A stretch of 64,000 nucleotides of DNA from Octopus vulgaris (taxonomy: Eukaryota), in NCBI GenBank assembly GCA_951406725.2, contig OX597833.1:9486001-9550000 (forward strand), written 5' to 3'. Shown here one piece after another: positions 12,687 through 25,699 of the stretch (within the stretch, counting starts at the first letter, position 1; each line of letters begins with the position of its first letter). Position numbers and translations under genes: made by a program. The notes below the pieces were generated by a model that was not told the DNA's origin, searched no databases, and saw only the letters and a list, made by a program, of their open reading frames with translations.

Positions 12687-13514
12687 AAGGCATACACACA
12701 TACACACACACAAAATTTATTAATTAAATGATTCGTGACAGTTGGCCAAGTTACCTCGCCAAGAAAGCTTATAAAGGAAGCTTATAAAATACATGACAAA
12801 AATAAATAATCCATGAATATATTAGAGTAAGATCTGGAATGAAAGAGATAATTGAAATATCTGATGCTGATTTTTATTGGTGAGCGAAGATTCTTTCATT
12901 GGCTCTATTGAATGGAAATATTTTGGAAGAAATTAGAAAGTGAGATTGAAAATAATAAATGAAATAAGTAAATGGTTGGGGTAAACATCTCTAAGTGATT
13001 AGAGAAGCAGAATGAATAGGGAGAAATTCAACTGTTTATAGAGGAAAATATTAAGACTTGAAGTAGAGTAAGTGGTGGAGAGAAGCAGAAAGTGTGAAGA
13101 TGTAGGAGTGAAACATGTTTATGTAAATTGAGTATGGGTAGGAGAGGAAAGAGACAAACTTGGAGAAAGAAGGTGTGTGAAAGCATGACTGTGTGAATGT
13201 GACTTGGTAAATGTCCAAGCGTTGAAGGTTGAATGTTTATATAAAAGGCGAGTCAGGAAGCGATATGCATGTTTGACTATAAAAAAAACAAATAATAAAA
13301 AAGAAAAGCCGTTGGAAAACTGATTATAGCAGCGACTCCATCTAAGAATATCTGAAAAAGGAATTTTATTCCAAAATATCATATCAGACTACGGATGACT
13401 AAATTACAACAGGTATATAGCCCACTCTTTGTATTATAGAGCATTGTTGTACCATTCAAAACTTTTTATTCTTTACAAACAATACACAATGCTGTTGCAT
13501 CATAACAAAAGCAA

Positions 13515-15862
13515 TTTTTTTTCCTGAGACTTTGCTGCAAGCAATCAAGCCCTATGCATAGCACTCGTGTGAACTCACCTCAGCCCTAATATAGAGGATG
13601 CAGAAGTACACGTACCAAAATATGCCATACTGCGAACAGACAGAAGGGAAAGGAGTCATGGTGGAGTTATTGTATACATCCGTGATGACCTCACACCCCA
13701 GGTCTTACTGTCATACTCAAATTCAGTATGTGACACCCTAATTGTATACATAAGACAACATAATATAGTCATATGCGATACATATTGCCCACCGGATACT
13801 CCAAACCACATAGGCAAGTTTGAAGATTGCCTCACAAGAATTAAAAAAATCCTCAAGCAACTGGAACACCACGTGAGCATATTTCTTATGGGGGATTTCA
13901 ACTTCCCCAACACCATATGACCCGAAGGACTCATGCACTCAAGAATGACTCATTGCAAACAAGCACAGGTGGAGTCCCTGCTGAACCTCACCAATGCCCT
14001 ATTCATGGAGCAAGTTGTACTCAGACCAACTAGGGCGAATAACATTTCGGATCTCTGCTTCACGAACAATATAGACAGCGTTCATGATGTGAAAGTGACG
14101 CCGACATTAGTCTCGGATCACAACATAATAGAGCTGTCTATATTTGGGCCGAAAGTAGCCAGAGATATACAGCCTAAAGGAAGCACCCGAAATCTCTCCA
14201 ATCTGAACTTCCACAAAGCAGATTGGAAATCGATCCAAAAAGAGATCCTCAGAGAGGACTGGCCGAAATGTCTCTCCACACTAGACATTGACATGAAGCT
14301 AGAATGTGTCATGTCCGTTGTGCAAACCATATGCCAGAAATATGTACCAGAGCACAAGGCCACAACAAATAGGAACAAATTTCCAAGGGAGAGAAAGATC
14401 CTCATGAGACGACGGGCGAAGATTGCAAATCGCCTCAATCAACATCGCAAAAGTTGCGAAAGGTCCCACCTAAAAACAACACTGATGGAGATTGAAAAAA
14501 AGGCTGTAACAATCCTATGTGAAGGAAAGAGCAGACAAAGAAGCCTGGGTTATAAAAAACATTAAGTCAAGCCCAAAGGCCTTCTTTCATTACGCGAAAG
14601 AAACAGCATCAGTACGCTGCAAGATAGGACCCCTCCTCTAAAAGGATGGCTCCCTCACAGACAGTCCAACTGAGATCAGTGAGATGCTGAATGATCAATT
14701 CAGAAGTGTCTTTACCACCCCGTTGTAACACAGACAAGTGAACGAACCAGTGGAATTTTTTGCCGCCTCACCTATAACCAGCGAAGCAGTTACGATAGAA
14801 TACATTGACATTAGCGAAGAAGATATACTACTAGCCATAGATGAAGTGGACACAAACTCAACTGCTGGTCCTGATGGTTTCCCAGCAATTCTCCTCAAAT
14901 CGTGTAAGCATGCCCTGGCAAAACCCCTCTAGATTCTCTTCCAGAGCTTTCTTGCAAATGGCAGACTGCAAAGCAAGCTGAAGGAGAGAATAATATGCCC
15001 AATACATAAAGGAGGAAGCAGAGTAGATGCCAAGATCTATAGGTCTATCTCTTTGACTTCACACATCAGCAAAGCCATGGAACAGATAGTCAGAGGGAAA
15101 TTAATCACATTCCTTGAAGAAAATACCTTCCTGAGTGATACCCAGCATGGTTTTCGACCAGGTAGGATCTGCTTGACCCAGCTCTTACAACATTATGACT
15201 GTATTGAGGCAGTTACCCAACAACTCAAATGATGGTGTAATCTACCTTGATTTTACAAAAGCTTTTGACAAGGTGGATCATGGTATGATATGCCACAAAC
15301 TGCGTGATCTCGGCATAGCTGGAAAACTTGGAAAGTGGTTACATGACTTTCTGAAAGATAGGAGTCAGGCAGTTGAGGTTAATGGAACCACCTCTATGAA
15401 AACACAAATAGTAATCGGTGTTCCACAGGGCACTGTCTTGGGACCTCTGCTTTTTATAATGACTCTCTCTGATATTCCCGCAAGTGCCGGATAGCAACCC
15501 TTGCAAGCTAGTGATATTGCACGTCTTCAACAGGACTCAATTTACAGATGGGCTGAGGATAATAATATGCAGTTTAATGGGGGGAAATTCCAAACACTGC
15601 GCTACCAGAGTTCTAAACTGAATATGAAACTTACAAGGTACACTGGTCCACAGAGAATTTCAATCCTAGAGCCTAAATTAGTGAGGGACCTGGGTATCGA
15701 CATGAGTGATGATACCTCTTTCCAAGTGCACATTACCAGGATGGCGACAAAGTGCAATCGACTGGCTGGATGGATCCTGAGAACATTCGGAACCAGAGAT
15801 AAGAAAACCATGATGGTCCTCTGGAGGACATTTGTCCTCACCCGCCTGGATTACTGCTCACA
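13515..15862 (+). mobile_element. CR1-group LINE, truncated at both ends and decayed
   Basis: APE motifs GDFN and SDHN; RT motifs DFTKAFDKVDH and GVPQGTVLGPLLF. Many stops. Same family as 44831-48532. Confidence 0.9.
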
Positions 15863-15954
15863 GTATGAGAAATATAGAACGTTATGCATATTAAATAAAA
15901 TTCTAAAGGCTGGGAAAAAATATATCTAGTGTAAGTGATATATATATATATAAA

Positions 15955-16210
15955 CGCATCTCTTAAGGATACACCCATTCCCCCAAAGAATGCTTTCCTT
16001 AAGCAACCCGTTAATAAGACAAATTCCTTTATTAACCATTTAGATGGCTCACCTTTTTCTTCGACTACAAGGACATTCAACAGTCTACTAATGATATAAC
16101 CTCTGAATTTAAGAAATTATTTAAATCTAAAAATATTCCTCCACCTAATCCAGGATTGAAACAGTTTCAAGATGATCTATGGTCTATTGTGAGGAATGTA
16201 AAATTTATCT
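15955..16210 (+). mobile_element. Penelope-like element N-terminal coding fragment
   Basis: Peptides SLKDTPIPPKNAFLKQ and FKSKNIPPPNPGLKQFQDDLWSIVRNVKF match the typical PLE ORF N-terminus. Confidence 0.6.
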
Positions 16211-16332
16211 ACTGTCATGGAGAAAGTGTAACTGTAAAAATGCAGAATTTTCGGAATAATAGGCATTGAAAAAGTATGTATGCGTGGAAATGTATGAATG
16301 AAGAGGTTCAAATTAAGGAAGTGTAATAATAA

Positions 16333-16469
16333 TGGTACTTAATTTATCGACCCGGAAAGGATGAAAAGCAAAGTTGACCTCTGTGGAATTTGAACATAGA
16401 ACGTAGCGATGGACAAAATATCGATGAGCATTTCGTAAACGTTCTAACAATTCTGTCAGCTCGCTGCCT
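16333..16469 (-). mobile_element. SINE family B fragment adjoining (AAT)n
   Basis: GGTACTTAATTTATCGACCC...GGAATTTGAAC...CAGCTCGCTGCC. Confidence 0.75.
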
Positions 16470-16503
16470 TAATTATAACAATAATAATAATAATAATAAT
16501 AAC

Positions 16504-16586
<83 letters not shown>

Positions 16587-16588
<2 letters not shown>

Positions 16589-18136
16589 CCGGGGACGTTT
16601 AACATGTGACAGCGATAAAACAGTGCTCCGAAATCTATCCACAAACATCGGAAACAAAGACATCGCATGGAGCCAAAAAATAACTGACAAAGGATTGGGC
16701 TATATCCGAGTAAGTAATACTCATTGAAATTTATTGCTATTTTCCAAACGAAATGATGTATTTTAACTCGATATCATCTCAAACCATATAAACATGCTTG
16801 ATACATTACGATCTATCAACAACAAATCATCTCCGGCCCCAAACACCATGTACAAAAACACTACGAATAAATTAAATAATACCGGTATTATTCAACCCAA
16901 GAATAACAATCGAGAAGTACGTACTTTAAATTTGTTACACAAAAAGTACGAAAAACTACACGTGCAAAACAATGTGACAACAGAAATGAACGGACCGGTA
17001 CCCTACAAAAGTGACGACCGTCAAAATAATGGGCCGGACGTTGTTCCTCATATTCCGCAAATAAAATCAAAAAGGCATACATGGACACGTAAGGAATACA
17101 TGTCAATCCTACACGCTTACTTTACAACAGTGCTCTACCCAAAGAACGAAAACACAACAACATATACATATAAAATATGGAAGAAAAATAACATAAACAA
17201 AGACTTGGAAACAGCAATGAACCCTAATAAACTAGCTAACGTACGAAGATATATTCTCAACGCAAAAAAATATCAGAAATAGAAATAGAACATTTAATAG
17301 AAAAAATACATCAGGAAAATGTAGATAGAAGCCACACAACAATGCCAAATAATATAAACACTGAGATAGTAAAACACGAAGACAAACATAACATTTCCAA
17401 CAAAAACGATGTAAACAAAAAACAACAAACCCAGACAGTAAGGAGGCATAATAATGCACGACAAGCAGCAAGCCAAAACACGACAGACAAACATACGAAT
17501 GAGAAAAAAAGCGACACAAATCTAGAACCTGGAAACAACGAAGGGGAGCCTAATGATTATGATACTATAAAAAGTAGAATAATCAAAGAACTGAAAAACA
17601 CAGATCTCAAAATGGACCCCCGACCATACCTCCCAAAAATCAAAATAGACAAAAAAATAACATCAATTATTAACAGCATAAACCTAGCTTTCACAGAACT
17701 AATAGCCACTGAAACAAATAGCGATATCACTGAGGTAAATGACTTAGTATATGCAGCAACCACTGCAGCCACAAAAGAAGCTGGATACTCCCTCAAACCT
17801 ATCCAAACAGTAGTACCACCACCAAAACAAACCCTATGGATAAATAACATCCAAAATACAAAACATAAGAAAAGATCTGTCGATTCTTAATGAAATCAGT
17901 AGACAACCAACGCTACTAAGCAACAAAAAGAAAACAAAAATACTGTGCAAATAAATCACAGAAAAAGATTTACCTGAGATAAAAGAAAAGCTAAAGCAAG
18001 ATATTCTTGCCAAAGCACGATCCGCTTTCGATACAGTAACCATCAGAGCATCACAACAAATCACAGCACATACCCAAAGCACACAGAGCTGCGCTCGGTA
18101 GTGAAGTGAAAGCACGCTATAAAAATAATACTACTG
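16587..18136 (+). mobile_element. R4/Dong-like LINE, internally deleted (5' UTR and N-terminal ORF fused to 3' UTR)
   Basis: N-terminal RHTWTRKEY...LANVRRYI region. Junction at ~18017-18025 leads into the same 3' UTR as the two downstream copies. (AAT)n on both sides. Confidence 0.75.
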
Positions 18137-18158
18137 AATGATGATGATGATGATAATG

Positions 18159-18255
<97 letters not shown>

Positions 18256-19446
18256 GAAAGACTGACATAGAAAGACTATATATACAACGTATAGAAGGTG
18301 GTAGAGGCCTTATACAGCTGGAAAACTACTATAAAATAACCACCATAGGACTGCAAAAATATCTACTTCAGAAGGAAGGAAAACTGATCCAGATAGCGGC
18401 AAAACACGAGTAAAACAAAAAACTGTTCTCAGTATTTAAGGAAGCTGACAAATACAAACAAGAAATCATACCACCTAATAAACATGAAGAAGAAGAAGAA
18501 GATGAAGAAACAACAAAAGCTATAAAAAAAATGAAATCCAAACTAAAAATAGAACAGCAACGAACCATGATAAAACGATGGCAAGAAAAGCCCCTTCATG
18601 GTAAATACTGGACTAAACTAAACGCAAAAGAAATAGACAAAGAAAAATCCCAGCAATGGTTGAGAAGCTCAGGACTCAAAGCAGAAACAGAGGGATTTTT
18701 AATTGCAGCACAAGACCAAAGCCTCCCCACCAGAAATTACCAAAAACATGTAATGAAAAGAAATATTACAAGTAACTGCAGAATATGTGGAGATGGACAA
18801 GAAACAATAAATCATATTATCTCTAGCTGCCCAGTCCTGGCTAAGAAGGAATATATTCACAGACATGACAGAGTTGGAACTTACATACATTGGGAGCTAT
18901 GCCAACATTATGGAATAACAACAGAAAAAAGATGGTATAGGAACACACCAGAAAAGGTCACAGAAAACGAGAAAGCAACCATACTCTGGGATATGCCGAT
19001 ACACACAGATAGAGAAATTAAGGCCAACAGACCAGATATAGTTGTCAGAGACCATGAAGAAAAAAAATGCTTTCTAATTGATGTATCAATACCGGCAGAT
19101 GACAACGTGTCTCTAAAAGAAATGGAGAAACTCTCAAAATACAAAGACCTGGAAATAGAGGTAACTAGAATGTGGAATCTGAAAACAGAAACAATTCCTA
19201 TCATAGTAGGTGCATTAGGCATGCTAAAAAAATATTCAGACAAATACATAACAAAAACACCAGGACTTACAAACACATATAACATACAGAAAATTGCACT
19301 ACTAGGTACTGCACACATCCTACGCAGAACACTTTCCATACAATAACCATCAGAGCATCACAACAAATCACAGCACATACCCAAGGCACACAGAGCTGCG
19401 CTCGGTAGTGAAGTGAAAGCACGCTATAAAAATAAAAATAAAACTA

Positions 19447-19449
<3 letters not shown>
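18256..19449 (+). mobile_element. R4/Dong-like RLE LINE, 5'-truncated
   Basis: GGRGL, CCHC finger CRICGDGQETINHIISSC, RHD, and RPDIV...LIDVS...KLSKY restriction-like endonuclease. Embedded in (AAT)n. Confidence 0.92.
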
Positions 19450-19500
<51 letters not shown>

Positions 19501-19511
19501 TATTATTATTA

Positions 19512-19550
<39 letters not shown>

Positions 19551-19552
19551 AT

Positions 19553-19762
19553 GATTTCAAATGTTGCCACAAGGGTAGCTTGGGGGAGGTGGGGATGAGT
19601 CGATTGCATCGACCCCAGTGTTCAACTGGTACTTATTTTATCAAACTCGAAAGGATGAAAGGCAAAGACGAACTCGGTGTAATTTGAACTCAGGACGTAA
19701 AGACGGACGAAATGCCGCTAAACATTTTGGCTAGCGTCTAACGTTTCTGCCAGATCACCACC

Positions 19763-19763
<1 letters not shown>
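19553..19763 (-). mobile_element. SINE family B
   Basis: Same consensus as 10812-11040; lies between AAT/ATT tracts. Confidence 0.75.
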
Positions 19764-19831
<68 letters not shown>

Positions 19832-19834
<3 letters not shown>

Positions 19835-20580
19835 GCAGATACAGAGGGATTTTTAATTGCAGCACCACCAGAAATTACCAAAAACATGTAATGAAAAGAA
19901 ATATATCAAGTAACTGCAGAATATGTGGAGATGGACAAAAAACAATAAATCATATTATCTCTAGCTGCCCAGTCCTAGCTAAGAAGGAATATATTCACAG
20001 ACATGACAGAGTTGGAACCTACATACACTGGAAGCTATGCCAACATTATGGAATAACAACAGAAAAAAGATGGTATAGGAACACACCAGAAAAGGTCACA
20101 GAAAACGAGAAAGCAACCATACTCTGGGATATGCCGATACACACAGATAGAGAAATTAAGGCCAACAGACCAGATATAGTTGTCAGAGATCATGAAGAAA
20201 AAAAATGCTTTCTAATTGATGTATCAATACCGGCAGATGACAACGTGTCTCTAAAAGAAATGGAGAAACTTTCAAAATACAAAGACCTGGAAATAGAGGT
20301 AACCAGAATGTGGAATCTAAAAACAGAAACAATTCCTATCGTAGTAGGTGCATTAGGCATGATAAAAAATATTCAGACAAATACATAACAAAAACACCAG
20401 GACTTACAAACACATATAACATACAGAAAATTGCACTACTAGGTACTGCACACATCCTACGCAGAACACTTTCCATACAATAATCATCAGAGCATCACAA
20501 CAAATCACAGCGCATACCTAAGGCACACAGAGCTGCGCTCGGTAGTGAAGTGAAAGCACGCTATAAAAATAAAACTACTG
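19832..20580 (+). mobile_element. R4/Dong-like RLE LINE, shorter 5'-truncated copy
   Basis: Nearly identical to 18678-19449, with a small deletion and a frameshift. (AAT)n flanks. Confidence 0.92.
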
Positions 20581-20611
20581 AATGATAATAATAATAATAA
20601 TAATAATGAGT

Positions 20612-21051
20612 GTTCCAAATTTTTCCACAGGGGTAGCCATTTTGAGGGAGGGGATGAGTCGATTTTATCGACTCCAGTGTTTCACAGTTAATTAATTTAT
20701 AGACCCGGAATGGATGAAAAGCAAAGTCGACCTTGGCGGAATTTGAACTAAGAACGTAGCGATGGGCAAAAATACCAATGAACATTTCGTCAAACGTTCT
20801 AACAATTCTGACAGCTCGCCCCCTTAATAATAATAATGATGACGATTTTAAATTTTTGCCTCAAGGCAGTTTGGGGAAGGAGATTAAGTCGATTACATAG
20901 ACTCCAGTACGTAACTGGTATTTATTTTATCGACACGAAAAGATGAAAGGTAAAGTCGACCTCGGCAGAATTTGAACCCAAACCGTAAAGACGGACGAAA
21001 TGCCACTAAACATTTCATCCGGCGTGCTAACGATTCTGCCAGCTCACCACC

Positions 21052-21052
<1 letters not shown>
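20612..21052 (-). mobile_element. Two tandem SINE family B copies
   Basis: 20612-20824 and 20846-21052, each followed on the plus strand by (AAT)n. Confidence 0.75.
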
Positions 21053-21115
<63 letters not shown>

Positions 21116-21161
21116 CAACAACAACAACAATAACAATAACAGCAACAGCAACAGCAACAGC

Positions 21162-21197
<36 letters not shown>

Positions 21198-21224
21198 AAC
21201 AATAATAATAATAATAATAATAAT
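21053..21224. repeat. Compound (AAT)/(AAC)/(AGC) microsatellite
   Basis: Read directly from the sequence. Confidence 0.95.
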
Positions 21225-21857
21225 GGTTTAGTAAACTACAAATATTCGTCGTTTTTGTAAAGTAAGACGTCTTTCTTATAATTTGTCAGACAGAACAAAG
21301 TAACGCGATTGACACAAGTTTTATGTCGAGAAGTAGGAGGGAGACGAACAGTAACAAGAACAGTAGCAGCAGCAGCAGCAGCAGCAGAAATTACAGGCAC
21401 ATTACAATAACAATTACCGCAATGACAGTAATAGGAACAACAACAACAATATCAACAACATTGCAACAACAACAGCAGCAATAAAATGATGAGGAACAAA
21501 AGAAAATGTCCGCCATTGTGTTCCGATTTCTTAATGGATTTAAGAAAGTATTGTCATGGTAACTGCACCATGTTGTAGTAACGTACGTGTGTTTGAGTAT
21601 TGGTGTGAATGAGTGTATGTGTGTGTATTGGTGTATGTGTGAGCGCATGTGTGTTTTATGTAAGCGTGTATGTAGCGTGTTTATGTGTAGGTGTGTCATG
21701 TACATGTGTGTGTATATGTGTGCAGATGTATGTGTATGTGTGTGTATATATGTGCAGATGTATGTGTGTGTGTGTGTATATATGTGCAGATATATGTGTG
21801 TGTGCATATGAAGGCGCATACAGATCTGTGAGCATAGGTGTATGTATGTGTTACCTT

Positions 21858-21894
<37 letters not shown>

Positions 21895-22117
21895 GCGTGT
21901 GCTGATCTATATGTGTATGTTAATGGATATGTATATTGTGTATGTGTCTGTCTGTGAGCGGATGACGGGGTGTACGTAGTGTTTGTTTATTTTATTTTTT
22001 TGTTAAGCAAAACTGTTCTAACATTTGTAAAATTTTTAATTTGTTGTTTTTTCGATCATTATTGCTGATATTATTGCTTTTTCTGTTAAAGTGTTTTCAA
22101 TGTTTTGACATTATTGA

Positions 22118-22161
<44 letters not shown>

Positions 22162-24429
22162 TTGTTATTATTGCTGATATAGCTCATATGGTTGTTATTA
22201 TTGTTGCATTATTTCTGCTGTCATTGGTAGTGAAGATCGTTGCCAGTGTTGTGGTTTCTATTATTGTTCTTGTTGCGGGCGTTGTTACTAATCTATTATA
22301 TTCTTTGTTTGGAGGAGAAAGTACTAAAATACTTTATGCATTAATGACGTCGCCCTAAAATGAGGAAAACAGACATCTTCCCTAATGAATCTAATTAACA
22401 CAAGCCAACATGAGAAACAAACCAGTCGCTTGAACTGCGAGAAAGAGCAGTCAAATCTTCCCCAATTCATACCTTAAGCTTAAGACAAAGGATATATTGA
22501 ATAATTATTGGATAATAATAATTTAGAGTTATATTAGAATTGTGTCAAAGACCAGGTTGCAGCGGTGCGACGAAAAATTTGATTCTTCAAAGTAATAAAT
22601 AAAAAGGGAATTTAAAATGTTTGGGGCAGGGCGGAAAGGGGATGAGGAAGTACTTAAAATGGCTATTCAATTGCTTTGATTGCAAATCACTGCCTCAAAT
22701 CATGCTTCTTGTTATATGTCTGTTCAAGGAAGCCTGACCATGAAATGGACGCCAGCAGCGGCTAACTAGAAGTCCCTACTCAGAATCTCTATCTGCTAAA
22801 AATAGCAACGAAATATCCTCAAATGAAGGTTTAATTTCTTAAAACTAGAAGAGAAGTAATTGTAAATATCCCTAAACAAAACAGGATAGTGACGGTTGGA
22901 ATGTATATGTTGATAAGGCTGCTGACCTGGGGTTGAACAACAATAACAACAGACCTCCACCAAACCAACAACAACAGCACCATCACCACTCTACAAACAC
23001 CGCTACGTCACAAGACCACTGGCGCCACCCATACACCACCTAAGCATGATCATTGCTGCAATGTCTGATGCAAGTTCCACTTTATTGAGGCCTAAAGTTA
23101 TACAAAAACAATAAATAATGTCATGACGTCAATGTTCTGTCACGATTTTCAAAGAATGAAAATATCATTATAGAGTTATTATGATGCCGAAGTCAAGTAG
23201 CGTGTTGGTGTGTATGTATATATCTCTCTCATCTAGCTCGTCTCCATAGGACGCCCCAGTTTGCTCTAATGCATGTGCGTATTTGCGCATCTGTGTATGA
23301 TTTTTGTATGCGTGTGTATTTTCTGTCTACGTGTATGTCTGTGGATGTAAGTATATGTGCTTGTATATGCTTGTATGTATTGTCTAAGTATCTGTGTGTA
23401 TATGTGTGTATGTGTGTGTGTGTGTGAGAGAGAGAGAGAGTGAGAGAGAGAGAGAGTTTCTGTGTGTTTGTACCTGTGTAAATTCTTCTTTGTGTATGTA
23501 TATATTTGGAATTTACAATACAAATAGTTATTTTAGTATTTATATCAATGATTCAACTTTCTGGAAAGGGAAGGATGTATAGGAGGATGCAGTCAATTGT
23601 TTAAACTTCATTACGTGACTATTTATTAGATTCGTCCAAGAAAGATAAAAGCCAAACTGAACAGTGGCCCAGGACAAGAAGCATCATAAATGAAGAGCTC
23701 AACATATTTTGTCCGCTACTTTCATCACAATATTTTGTAAATGTAATTACGTTTGTGTGGTTAAGAATTTCTTTCCATAACTATGTGGTTTCAGGTTCAA
23801 TCCAACTGCACTGAATTTTGTGCAAGTCCTTCTACTATAACCTTGGGTCGACTAATAGCTTTCCAGAAAACTCTGGTGGACGGAATCTCCTTGAAAAGTC
23901 GTCAGGATGTTTGATTTAGTCTATTAATCGGTTGATCTCCACCACCAGATCTTATGATGCTTTTGTATCGATAACTTTGCTGAAAAAATTCTTTGGGGCG
24001 AGGACAATCTCCTCCATTCCTATACAGATGATTTGAAAAGGACCTAGGGCGCTGCACTTCATCCTCTTGTTAAGCATTTAAAACTTATTAAAAAATTCTG
24101 AAATGTGAAATGTATTATTATAGTATCAGAAAATAATGCATCTAATCAATTTTACCAGTAAACCGCCATATTATTAACAATAATGATAAATCTCGCTTCT
24201 CTTCCCCATCTAAGATTGGTGCACATACTGTTTAATATTCTTTTATCGATCCCAGAAAGCATCTCATACTTATTTCATCAACCCCAAAAGTTTGAAAGGC
24301 AAAGTTGACCTCGGTGGCATTCGTACTCAGGACATAAAGATGGACAAAAGGCCGCTAAGCAACGTAATAACGATTCTGGCCAACATGGTAAATATTCTGC
24401 CAATTCGCCACCTGGAAGCTGAACATGTC

Positions 24430-25690
24430 ACTCCCAGCGTATCAAACCTACAGAGACCGAATTGACGGGGGAAGTCGTCAACAAGAAATATTGGTTTGCC
24501 TTGAAAAGGGCAATTAGAGTACAATCAGTTTTTTTATAAGGCATTAGTGAAGGTAATATGGGACTGTGGTCTCAGCTGCAACAACGAATAGGAAGTTGCG
24601 CAGGATGGCTACAGTGACCTACTCCTCCGACCAGTTGGTGATGCTTCCCTTATATATGGGACGTCGTGTGACCGAGGCCAGGCTCTCAAATGTACCTCCT
24701 CATAGGGACCAAGCAAGAGTAATGGCAATGCTAGAAGAGTACGGGGAGACAATAAGCATGAAAACAAGGGCCCAACAAAACAAAGCAAGAGTGTCAATGG
24801 AGTTTCAGTTGTTTGTTCCGGAAGCAGTCCATACAATCCCAGATTTTTTTCTGCTTCGGAGAGTACGATAGATGCGGATGGTCATAGAAGGGTTGGAAAC
24901 TCAGGCGTCATATTTGTTGCAAAACCTATCACGTAAAAGCTTTCTGTCCCTCTGTGAAAAAGTCGAGAGAGGTACTTCACACTGCACCACTATTCCCAAC
25001 GCTAAATCCGTTACAGATCCAAAGAGAGAAGCAGCGGCAATAACAACAATCACACAAGCAGATAGAAAAATGTCCAACAAAATTTCTAACTCTTCGGATA
25101 TAGAATGGGCCTCTGACGAGATAAAATCACCCGAGTATGTGATCATCGAGCAGTCCCCCGCCAAAAAAAAAAATGAGAGAGAGAGAAGGTGAAATAACTC
25201 CTAAATTCCAAACGTTTGTGAGCACCAGGCTGAAGAACTCTGCGCCAAATCTCGAAACCAAAGTTACAAACCAACAGCAAAAAGAAGAAGAAGAAGAAGA
25301 AGAAGAAGAAGAAGAAGAAGAAGAAGAAGAAGAAGAAGAAGAAGAAGAAGAAGAAGAAGAAATAAACCAGCTACAGCAACATCAAGAACTGAAACAGCAT
25401 TCTCAATAACAGCGAGAGACAGAACAGGATCAGCAACAGGGGAAGCCTAAACAAAAACAACTAAAACGACAACAACCACATCAACTACAAAAAACGGAAC
25501 TATAAGAACATTTCTCGGACAAGCCTCTGAAAATTATACGGAAGGAGGACGAGGAATTTCTGGAGTTTGTAGATTGAAATAAAGACAAAATTTTGACAAT
25601 GGGCGAGGGTCTTGATACTCTCATCATTGCCAGAATCCCAGAAGAGGGAGTCATTGACACCCCCTGGGAGATTGGAAGAATGGACTAGCC
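24430..25690 (+). pseudogene. Degenerate retroelement ORF1/gag-like sequence
   Basis: RRM-like ARLSNVPP...LEEYGETIS, then a frameshifted zinc knuckle (R)HICCKTYHVKAFC (CX2CX4HX4C with the first Cys mutated). Contains (GAA)n at 25282-25360. Confidence 0.5.
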
Positions 25691-25699
25691 GAACTCTTA

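Noticed and set aside
22041-22358. Hydrophobic ORF resembling a signal or membrane peptide
   Set aside because: Derived from (TG)n and (GTT/ATT) low-complexity sequence; no phase-1 donor in a suitable position.
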